Source: Octopus sinensis (taxonomy: Eukaryota). From it: a stretch of 32,315 nt of DNA. The stretch spans positions 1 to 32,315 of the forward strand of contig NW_021832808.1 in assembly GCF_006345805.1 (NCBI RefSeq), in the 5' to 3' direction. Below are positions 11,742-21,834 of the stretch, in pieces; position 1 is the first letter of the stretch, and every line of letters starts with the position of its first letter. Below the pieces are notes generated by a model, which saw only the letters and a list, made by a program, of their open reading frames with translations, searched no databases and was not told the DNA's origin. Position numbers and translations under genes: made by a program.

Positions 11742-12255
11742 TCTTTAGTAAAAGCAAATATTGCTTGTTGTATCTTCTTTGGACGAATACCCATGCGATT
11801 AATGTTCGAGTATTCCTGTTTTATTGGAAATATCCTTGGGCGTGTTTTTCTGCCTTTAACTAGCTTTGTGGGGAATAGTTGCCCCCATTAGCATAGCTGT
11901 GGCCGGACATACAGTGAACATAAAGCCAATTTGTTTCCTACTTTTCCTACTCTCCATGGAACTTACGGACGATTTGGATTCAGTTTATGATTTTCCGGTC
12001 CCTGTCTTAATTTCAAAGTTGAAGCGTTATTTTATTTTTACATATACACATACTGTTCCTTATACACATACTTTGGATTATTCCAGCTGTTTCTGGGATA
12101 TCCCAAAGTATGGGAAAATATTTGTCTCCGATGACGGAATATTCCATACATTGGGACATTCCCAAAACAACTGTAGGACTTTGAATTTTTCAGATAATAA
12201 TAATGTATATGACTTTAGCTGTTTGTCTTGCCTTAACGTTTGCTGTCCTCTTTAA

Positions 12256-12578
12256 CAAGGTGCCACTGCAAGTGTCTTCTACTATAGCCTCAGGCCGACC
12301 AAACCCTTGTGAATGGATCTAGTAGACGGAAACTGAAAGAAACCCCGTCGTATGTGTGTGTGTGTGTTTGTTTGTCTGTGTTTGTCCCCCCAGCATCGTT
12401 TGACAACCGATGTTGGTGTATTTACGGCCTCGTAAATTAGTGGTTCGACAAAGGCGACCAATAGAATAAGTACTAGACTTACAAAGAATAAATCGTGGGG
12501 TCGATTTGTTCGACTAAAGGCGGTGCTCCAACATGGCCGCAGTCAAATGACTGAAACAAATAAAAGAATAAAAGAATA
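12256..12578 (+). mobile_element. SINE family A, head-truncated
   Basis: caagtgtcttctactatagcctc.ggccgacc...internal (TG)n...family A 3' end. Confidence 0.85.
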
Positions 12579-12585
12579 TATATAT

Positions 12586-13199
12586 GTATGCTTGGCTGGT
12601 GGTTGGAAATAATGTAAAGGATGACTCGTCCGAGAAAATAACATTCTTCCACTGCTCTGGTATTCTGATTGCAGCCCTCCCGTGAAATCCAGTTTTGTAA
12701 TGCTCCCGGCGAGCAGTTTTTGCGGAAACTGGGTTCTCGAGGTGGTCATTAAGCCCTGCAGTAATTTTGGGAGCTGTACTTTTTGTGATCCTTTCTAACA
12801 ATTCACGTAAGATTCCAATGATCCCTATCTGCAAGTTTTGGTTTTCTTCCAGAGTTTTGTTTTGACGAGGTTTTTCCTTCTTTCTCAAAGGCTGTCATTA
12901 CTTTCGAAACAGTACTTCTTGATACACCAAACATTTCAGCTGTTTTCGTTACGCTAGCACCTGCTATACGAGCACCAACATTTTGACCTCTCTGAAAGTC
13001 CAATACATGTCATTTTAATGAATTTTAATTACCGTTTTCTGATGATATCTGAAAAGAAGCATCAATTTTTGCAAAACATATTAAGCAACACTAATAATGA
13101 ATCAAAAAACATAAAAATAAACAAGCTTTTGACGGTTTAGCTATTTCCAAATTATGATGCTATGATGCTAGGTGTTTCCATTATTTTGTCCAACCCCTG
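12586..13199 (-). mobile_element. Tc1-family DNA transposon remnant (one TIR plus transposase N-terminus)
   Basis: Minus strand TA|CAGGGGTTGGACAAAATAATGGAAACACC TIR. Transposase DFQRGQNVGARIAGASVTKTAEMFGVSRSTVSKV (paired-like HTH), then LNDHLENPVSAKTARRE..GRAAIR/PEQWKNVIFSDESSFTLF containing the first catalytic D; truncated there. Confidence 0.9.
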
Positions 13200-13561
13200 T
13201 ATAAATATGTGCTACATAGCCATGATGTTTTGCACATTTCGTCTTCAACTTATCCTTATTATAATTATTACGTAACTTCGGGTTTCTTGAAACAGATGCC
13301 GCGTCATAAAATTACATATTTTATCTTATTCTGCACATTTATTCTGTATTTTTATTGTATTCCTTGTAAATAAATTCATATCAAGCCTAATTGCATTAAT
13401 ATCCATTTCTACCTGCATATCAGCTCGATTGGAATTTCCATTATAGCCATTCTTGAAGGCACAGGCCTTGTCCAAAAGATTGGAGTTAAGTTTTAAATCT
13501 TTTTGAGTACAACTACGTGTTTTCAATAATGAGCATGACCAGCTCTCACTTATTGTTTCTG

Positions 13562-13592
<31 letters not shown>

Positions 13593-13613
13593 TACACGCA
13601 CGCGCGCATATAT

Positions 13614-13720
13614 ACATCGATCTATTTTGCTGAACCTCAAAGCTACGGGGACGTAAACACACCTGCACCCGGTGTCAAGCGGTGGAGAGGCAACAAACAA
13701 AAAAACACACACATAGATAT
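13614..13720 (-). mobile_element. SINE family A internal fragment
   Basis: gctacggggacgtaaacacacc.gca.ccggtgtcaagcg matches the family A middle segment (cf. 24030-24070). Confidence 0.65.
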
Positions 13721-13784
13721 TTACATACATACATACATACATGCATACACACACACACACACAAACACACACATACACAAACAT

Positions 13785-13943
13785 ATATTGTTGTATTTAG
13801 GGATGGTCATGTTGCCAGTTTAGCCAATAAAAACACACGCACTATATATTTGGTGTTAATTTGCTTTAGCTTTATTTTATTTTTTACAGCTGAAGCAAAT
13901 TAACACCAAATATATACATGACCATCCCTAAATACAACAATAT
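13785..13943. repeat. Nested inverted repeat (fold-back)
   Basis: 13785-13812 pairs perfectly with 13916-13943 (28 bp); 13843-13871 pairs with 13888-13916 (29 bp, 1 mismatch); 30-nt bulge and 16-nt loop. Confidence 0.9.
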
Positions 13944-13997
13944 CTGTTTCAACACACGATTTCACATCAAGAACCTTGCAAAACGAATATATAAACG

Positions 13998-14033
<36 letters not shown>

Positions 14034-14219
14034 TTAATTTTAAAATATATATCACGAATCCTATGGGAGTCATCGTCGTAAGTTGTCGCTTGATCCATCA
14101 AGAATGAGCCATGCCACATCCTCCAAAATTTGCTAATCTCCCTCTTCAAAGCTTCCACAGCTGACATGCTGACTTCGTATAATGACAACGGCCCGAATAT
14201 CCAGAGCAGGCTGGTATGC

Positions 14220-14301
<82 letters not shown>

Positions 14302-14471
14302 AGTACAAAGTGAGATAGGGGTTATGAGTGTAACCCACTATGGGGTATCAGTTATCCAATACACTGCCAGTGAAGTACCCAAAAGGCTACTACATAAATG
14401 CTTACAATTGCAATGCAATTTTTTGTATTAGATGGGCGAAAGTAAAATGTTTTACCTCAAAATCATAATAC

Positions 14472-14740
14472 AAATAAGAAAATGGAGGAACAGATTCCTT
14501 TCAATCATCAACTTACAGATAATACCATGAGATACCTTTATCTACAGGCTGAAACAGCTGTAAGATCCATCTTATATGTAATATTTTATGGTATTATCTT
14601 ACTTATTGATGTATATTGTTTTATTCTGTTTTATTCTGTTGGATTTGGATGTTCCTATTTAATTAGTTAATAAATTATATGAATTGGTATTATCTGCAAG
14701 TTGATGATTGAAAGGAATCTGTTCCTCCATTTTCTTATTT
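14472..14740. repeat. 56-bp terminal inverted repeat enclosing a partial hammerhead-like motif (Penelope-like remnant)
   Basis: 14472-14527 is the reverse complement of 14685-14740 (1 mismatch); GAAAC-AGCT-GTA at 14551-14562. Confidence 0.75.
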
Positions 14741-14753
14741 CTATTATACATAC

Positions 14754-14811
<58 letters not shown>

Positions 14812-14814
<3 letters not shown>

Positions 14815-14970
14815 GACAGGCTTCTTTCTGTTTCCGTCGGCCAAAGCCGCTCATGAGGCTTGGTCGGCCCGAATCTATAGCAGAAAACACTTGCCCAAGG
14901 TGGCGTGCAGTGAATATGAATCCGGAACCATGTGGTTCGTAAGCAAGCTTCTTACCACACAGCCACGCCT
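14812..14970 (-). mobile_element. SINE family A, 5' half
   Basis: Matches 24185-24330 and 5310-5452. Confidence 0.8.
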
Positions 14971-14992
14971 GATATGTTTATGTTTGTGCGTA

Positions 14993-15068
<76 letters not shown>

Positions 15069-15083
15069 ACACACACACACACA

Positions 15084-15114
<31 letters not shown>

Positions 15115-15469
15115 CACACCACACACACACACACATATGCATGCATGTTTTTTTTATGAATTTCATAAATTCGAGACCATTTGCTAAGTTATTTGTGTAA
15201 TAAGTAGAAAACATTGACACTCATGATATATCAGTTGTCTTTGTACATCGTCGACATCTGCACCACTGTTTAAATATACAGGAAAACACGTTTATGATTC
15301 CCTTTGTTCTCGCTTTTATGAAAGTTTCAAGTTGTTAGACATCTAAGTAACACCTGAGTACCAGGAGCACAAACTCTGGCCGGAGCTTATACGTATGCTT
15401 GTAAGTATGTATGTATGTGTGTAGGTAGGTAGGTAGGTAGGTAGGTAAGCATGTATGAATGTGTGCAAG

Positions 15470-15510
<41 letters not shown>

Positions 15511-15513
15511 TGA

Positions 15514-15750
15514 AGGCAGCGAGCTGGCAGAAACGTTAGCACACCGGGCGAAATGCTTAGTGGTATTTCGTCTGTCTTTACGTTCTGAGTTCAAATTCCG
15601 CCGAGGTCGACTTTGCCTTTCATCCTTTCGGGGTCGATAAATTAAGTACCAGTTACGCACTGGGGTCGATATAATCGACTAAATCCGTTTGTCTGTTCTT
15701 GTTTGTCCTCTCTGTGTTTCGCCCCTTGTAGGTAGTAAAGAAATAAGTAT
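15514..15750 (+). mobile_element. SINE family B, full copy (tail type 2)
   Basis: ggcagcgagctggcagaaacgttagc head; B-box-like gagttcaaattcc; tail as in 5973-6050. Confidence 0.85.
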
Positions 15751-16194
15751 ATAGATATGTGTATGTGTGTGTAGGCCAATACGAAGAAACATTTGAAAAC
15801 GTAATTCAGAGATACATATTGAAATATACATACACACACACGTACACACAAACATATACGTGTCTATGTTTGTGTGTGAGTATATGTAAGTGTAAATATA
15901 TATGTACGTGTATATAAATGTATCTATTTATTGAAGAGCTGCAGAAATATAACAAAAGCTGTTACTCAGAGTTTCACGTTCCTGTTCGTCAGACAGTTTT
16001 GTCAAAACTGTCCGACGAATGGGAACGTGAAACTCTGAGTAACAGTTTTTGTGATATTTCTGCTGCTTTTCAATATGTCATATTCCTCTGGTATTCGAGT
16101 ACTCTTTTTTCCACCTTGTTTCACATTTATGTGCTTACTTCGGTATAACTGTATCTATATACTTATACATCTCACTCTCGGTGTCTCTCTCTTC

Positions 16195-16238
<44 letters not shown>

Positions 16239-16257
16239 ATCTATCTATCTATCTATC

Positions 16258-16290
<33 letters not shown>

Positions 16291-16309
16291 TATATATATA
16301 ATATATATA

Positions 16310-16347
<38 letters not shown>

Positions 16348-16433
16348 TATTTGAGACAAAACCACTATTTTGCAAAACAAACAAGGAAAGACTTAATCAA
16401 TACATAAAATTTAATAAATAGTCAAAAAAACCG

Positions 16434-16476
16434 CCACTACAATCGTTTCTTGTCTTGATCGACAATCTTCAGGTGG
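16434..16476 (-). ncRNA. Minimal type I hammerhead ribozyme (left-arm copy)
   Basis: Exact reverse complement of 20215-20257. Confidence 0.8.
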
Positions 16477-17749
16477 ACTTCCAATCTAAAAAATCAAAAT
16501 TTTAAAATATAAAAATAATACTTTTAAATAATTAAAGTATAAATGAAAAAATATAAGTATATAATCCATATATAACCTATATATAATCCATATCGAAAAT
16601 ATAGACTAATTACCACGAATTCCCTAAAAAAACCCTACTAAAACAAAACTCTTAAAAACATATAACGATAAAATCTCCCTTTGCTAAACTCTATAACAAA
16701 CCTATAAAGTAAACCCCCTAACCTAAACATTCACACAAACAAATCACACCACGTAAACCACAGACTCACGACTTATACATACCTATACTAACATTATAAA
16801 CCTCAATATACACCAAACCCACTCCCCCCACACAGACAAATTAACCATACATCCCAAACCTAAATAACAAACCATATATACATTCCACACAAAACACACA
16901 CTCACACGCACCAAAACCCACTCCCTCCCCACACGACAAATTAACACATACATCCCAAACCTAAATAACAAACCCATATATACATCACACACAAAACACA
17001 CACTCACCGCCAAAAACACTCACACACAAAAGATACATATACTCCCTCACCATATACGCCTATACATACTCACTAAACTCGACATATACAACAATACTTA
17101 CACACCCACATAAAACATTATATACATTTATGAGCTTTAACTCACCTTAGCATCTCTAACAAACAACTTGCAGTAACCCATCCCATTCTCTATGCCTACC
17201 TCACTACTACACTATTCCATTCACATTCCAAACAACTCTAGTCCACCACCCGGTTATTCACGTGGAAAACGAGCACCACTCAAAAATTATGAATGAAACA
17301 ATGTAAAAAAATAACCAACACCTAAAATAGACAAAATACCACACAATTACCTAAAAAAACCATGATAAACCAAAACATAAAAGCATATAACGATAAAATC
17401 TCCCTTTGCTAAACCCTATAACAAACTTATATAGCAAATCCCCTAATCTAAAACATCACACACAAAAAACCACACGTAACCACAGACCCGAAGTTATACA
17501 CAAACCTATACTAACTTATAAACCTCTATACAAAAAAACCACTCCTCCCACACAGACCAATTAACACATACATCCCAATCCTAAATACAAAACCCAAATA
17601 CACATTCACACACAAAACACACACACACGCAAAACACACACACACAACAGATACATATGCTCCCTCACATATACCATATACAATACTCACTAAAACTCGA
17701 TATATACAACAATATTTACATCCACACTCATACAGATAAATAAATTATA

Positions 17750-18156
17750 ATATAAAAAAATAAAATTGTTCCAGATGATATTCTTTATAATATTAATAAG
17801 GCCTCTAAAGTAGTAATGTTAAAATATGAGTTGGATAATAAAACTGAACCTTATGTACCTTTGCACCCCAGAATTACTCTTAAAGACCATAAAGATAATT
17901 TTTATTCAGACCCTAAAGTTAGATTAATTTGCCCATGTAAATCGGACCTAGGTAAATTAAGTAAATTTATTTTAGATAAATATATTGATAAGTTAAATAA
18001 ACTTAATTATTTAAAATTATGGTTAGTAATAATAATACATTGAAATGGTTTATAATATAAAGATAAAAATCGTTATAAATTTATTCAAATATATAGATAA
18101 TTATTATTCTTCTATTAATGAAATTGTGTTTAATAAAGCGCTTATTTTCGCAACAA
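17750..18156 (+). pseudogene. Penelope-like reverse transcriptase N-terminal fragment
   Basis: RITLKDHKDNFYSDPKVRLICPCKSDLGKLSKFILD, then (frameshifted) LKWF..IKDK..KFIQ.-IDNYYSSINEIVFNKALIFA. Matches my recollection of the PLE RT pattern ITLKDHK.NF...PK.RLINP.KS..G..SK..LD...WF...F..FDI..FY.SI. Confidence 0.8.
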
Positions 18157-20214
18157 CAATAAATACATCGTAATTAACCAGAATATCAAAAATAACATTA
18201 TGACATAAGGATAAATCAAATACATACTTACAATTCAGTTACAAATTATAAAGTGAAATTAGATTATTAGCCGTTAAAAAACCAAACAAAATTACGTTAC
18301 CTTGGAAATAACTAATGTAAAAAAAGAATACGCGCCATAGAAAGTAAACGTCATTCATAGTATGAATGGAGAAATATAATAAATGGAACTAAAAACTATT
18401 TCCACGTAGCAAACCAACGCTACTTAAAAAAATTTATTATGAATGGATTCTTTAAAAACTATCATGAAAAATCAATTAAATACATTTATGAGCTTTAGCT
18501 CACCCTTATAACTCTAACAAACAACTTACAGTAACCCAAACTCAATGCCTACCTCATTACCACCCTAAAGGGTGGTAATGAGGTAGGCATTGAGTTGGGT
18601 TACTGTAAGTTGTTTGTTAGAGTTATAAGGGTGAGCTAAAGCTCATAAATGTATTTAATTGATTTTTCATGATAGTTTTTAAAGAATCCATTCATAATAA
18701 TTTTTTAAGTAGCGTTAGTTTGCTACGTGGAAATAGTTTTTAGTTCCATTTATTATATTTCTCCATTCATACTATGAATGACGTTTACTTTCTATGGCGC
18801 GTATTCTTTTTTTACATTAGTTATTTCCATGGTAACGTAATTTTGTTTGGTTTTTTAACGGCTAATAATCTAATTTCACTTCATAATTTGTAACTGAATT
18901 GTAAGTATGTATTTGATTTATCCTTATGTCATAATGTTATTTTTGATATTCTGGTTAATTACGATGTATTTATTGTTGTTTTCATAAGAGTGTTTATGTA
19001 TATGAGATTGGTTGTGAGTTTTTAATTGTATAATTAATTTATTTATCTGTATGAGTGTGGATGTAAATATTGTTGTATATATCGAGTTTTAGTGAGTATG
19101 TATATGCGTATGTGAGGGAGCATATGTATCTGTTGTGTGTGTGTGTTTTGCGTGTGTGTGTGTTTTGTGTGTGAATGTGTATTTGGGTTTGTTATTTAGG
19201 ATTTGGGATGTATGTGTTAATTTGTCTGTGTGGGGAGGGAGTGGTTTTTGGTGTATAGAGGTTTATAAGTTAGTATAGGTTTGTGTATAAGTCTTGGGTC
19301 TGTGGTTTACGTGTGGGTTTTTTGTGTGTGAATGTTTAGATTAGGGGGATTGCTATATAAGTTTGTTATAGGGTTTAGCAAAGGGAGATTTTATCGTTAT
19401 ATGCTTTTATGAGTTTTGGTTTATCATGGTTTTTTTAGGTAATTTGTGGTATTTTGTCTATTTTAGGTGTTGGTTATTTTTTTACATTGTTTCATTCATA
19501 ATTTTTGAGTGGTGCTCGTTTTGCCACGTGAATAACCGGGTGGTGGACTAGAGTTGTTTGGAATGTGAATGGAATAGTGTAGTAGTGAGGTAGGCATAGA
19601 GAATGGGATTGGGTTACTGCAAGTTGTTTGTTAGAGATGCTAAGGTGAGTTAAAGCTCATAAATGTATATAATGTTTTATGTGGGTGTGTAAGTATTGTT
19701 GTATATGTCGAGTTTAGTGAGTATGTATAGGCGTATATGTGAGGGAGTATATGTATCTTTTGTGTGTGAGTGTTTTGCGTGTGAGTGTGTGTTTTGTGTG
19801 TGAATGTATATATGGGTTTGTTATTTAGGTTTTGGGATGTATGTGTTAATTTGTCTGTGTGGGGAGGGAGTGGGTTTTGTTGTATATTGAGGTTTATAAG
19901 TTAGTATAGGTATGTGTATAAGTCGTGAGTCTGTGGTTTACGTGTGTGTATTTGTGTGTGAATGTTTAGGTTAGGGGGTTTACTTTATAGGTTTGTTATA
20001 GAGTTTAGCAAAGGGAGATTTTATCGTTATATGTTTTTAAGAGTTTTGTTTTATCAGGGTTTTTTTAGGGAATTCGTGGTAATTAGTCTATATTTTCGAT
20101 ATGGATTATATATAGGTTATATATGGATTATATACTTATATTTTTTCATTTATACTTTAATTATTTAAAAGTATTATTTTATATTTTAAAATTTTGATTT
20201 TTTAGATTGGAAGT

Positions 20215-20257
20215 CCACCTGAAGATTGTCGATCAAGACAAGAAACGATTGTAGTGG
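20215..20257 (+). ncRNA. Minimal type I hammerhead ribozyme (right-arm copy)
   Basis: ccac-CTGAAGA-ttgtc[gatcaa]gacaa-GAAA-c[gatt]g-TA-gtgg: stem I ccac/gtgg, core CUGANGA, 5-bp stem II, GAAA, quasi-palindromic stem III ACGATTGT, GUA cleavage triplet at 20251-20253. Confidence 0.82.
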
Positions 20258-20432
20258 CGGTTTTTTTGACTATTTATTAAATTTTATGTATTGATTAAGT
20301 CTTTCCTTGTTTGTTTTGCAAAATAGTGGTTTTGTCTCAAATAATATTTTATAATATTTTACTATAAAATTGGATTTATCCTAAATCTGATTTTTTTTCC
20401 CTGTAAATTTGGATATATTCCCTAATATTTAT

Positions 20433-20485
<53 letters not shown>

Positions 20486-20744
20486 CTATATATAAGAGAG
20501 AGAATTCGCGGAGAAACCTAATATCCGAACTAAAGATGAGGAACAAATGGGAGAGAAGGTTTACGAATCTAAGATGGACAGATAATCAAGTCCTACCTCT
20601 GGTCCCATGCTGTAGTGCTGACAGGGAAAGTGATGTGAGGGCAAATCGAAGTGAAGTTGATACCCCCGTCAACGATGCTATCTCTGATACCCCTTATTCT
20701 GCTTGTTCCCCACTCCCGCCCCTCAGACTTCACAGCTCAGCATC

Positions 20745-21420
20745 GTCTACAACACCAACTCGTGCTCCTTATTCCCAAAGTTCAGTGAACTATTTACACT
20801 GGCCATACATGACTCCCCTGATGTGATAGCTATCACCGAGACTTGGCTGACTCCAGCAGTAAAGGACTCAGAAATCCCCTGCAGGGCTACGTCCTTTTCA
20901 GATGTGACAGAGGAAAAAGGCGAGGTGGAGGTGTTGCTGTGTATGTTAAGTCTGAGCACAAACCGTCCAGCGGTATTCTACCCACTAATGCTCAACCTAC
21001 AACAAAATTCGATGCCGTCTATTGCAAGCTGAGCCTATCTGAGTTTTGCCTGCCCGTGTTGGCTGTCTACAGGCCGCCTCTTGCCGACCCCCAGGACGAT
21101 GCTCATTTACTCGAAGCGATAAGATTCGTTTCAGCTTCGCATGGTACTAGGAGACTTCAACGCTCCCACGATCGATTGGCCCGCATCAATTTGTACAACA
21201 TCTTCCCGTTTCGGCCCGGCCCTTCTTGACGTGGCTGAAGATTGTTTTCTATCGCAACATGTTGAATATCCGACAAGGCATCGGTCTGGGCAGCAGCCAT
21301 CTATGCTAGATCTGGTATTCTCCCGCTATCCAAGATCAGTGTCAGACGTATCTGTGTGCGCCCCTCTTGCCAAGAGTGATCATGCGGTCCTGAAGTTCGT
21401 CATGCACACAACTTTTTCTA
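20745..21420 (+). pseudogene. LINE ORF2 APE endonuclease, frameshifted
   Basis: DVIAITETWL, GYVLFRCDR..RGGGVAVYVK, AVYRPP, LGDFNAPTIDW, LDLVFS, SDH motifs across three frames. Confidence 0.9.
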
Positions 21421-21834
21421 CGCCCCGACTACTTCGCTGCCACGTAGAGTCTTCTCTGCAATTAATCTTGAAATTCTAACCGAGGCTTCCGCGCTTCTGG
21501 ACTGGTGATCCCTGATGACGTTGTCCTCTGTTGACGAACTATGGTCATCCCTCAAAGCATATGTAATCTTTTTGACTGACCAGGCAGTTCCCGTTGGGCT
21601 TCCCAAGAAGAAGAAACACAAGCCCTGGGTGACGAAGAAGGTTAAACGAGAACGTCGACTCAGAGATATTGCTTGGGCTGAATTCAAAAATCTGGATTCG
21701 ACTGCAGCTTTTGAGGTGTACAAAACTCAACGAGACCGAGCCGTGAAAATTGAAAAGAAAGAACGCTTCAGTTATGAATACAAAATCGCGGCAATCCAAA
21801 AACCTTCTTTGCCCATGTCCAGCGGAATTCCCGC

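Larger units (their letters stand above)
7420..12250 (-). mobile_element. Long decayed CR1-like LINE with nested insertions
   Basis: Minus-strand remnants: EN region ~10800-11200 (ICTTYRLP, KILLGDFNLPRIE); RT region MERIILRKLITFLEEYQLLTNTQY..RRSLTQLLKQYDW (8800-9021); C-terminal ERLKVLK..SYTI.RTGRK..LKKHLDNLL (7450-7790). The 5' boundary is uncertain. Confidence 0.7.
16338..20353. mobile_element. Penelope-like element in a head-to-head palindrome (arms ~2.2 and ~1.8 kb)
   Basis: Centre ...cattaccaccc-taaa-gggtggtaatg... at 18560-18575; outer ends aaaatattatttgagacaaaacc / ggttttgtctcaaataatatttt; contains a PLE-type RT fragment and two hammerhead motifs; left end abuts (TA)n. Confidence 0.85.

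Noticed and set aside
11423-12255. Plus-strand ORFs of 120-146 aa
   Set aside because: Span a SINE tail, the 28-bp minisatellite and antisense LINE sequence; no protein family signal.
16500-20200. Mitochondrial insertion or bisulfite-like artefact suggested by strand skew
   Set aside because: No mitochondrial gene or tRNA motifs; skew flips at the palindrome centre; non-CpG G residues persist; PLE RT and hammerheads explain the region.
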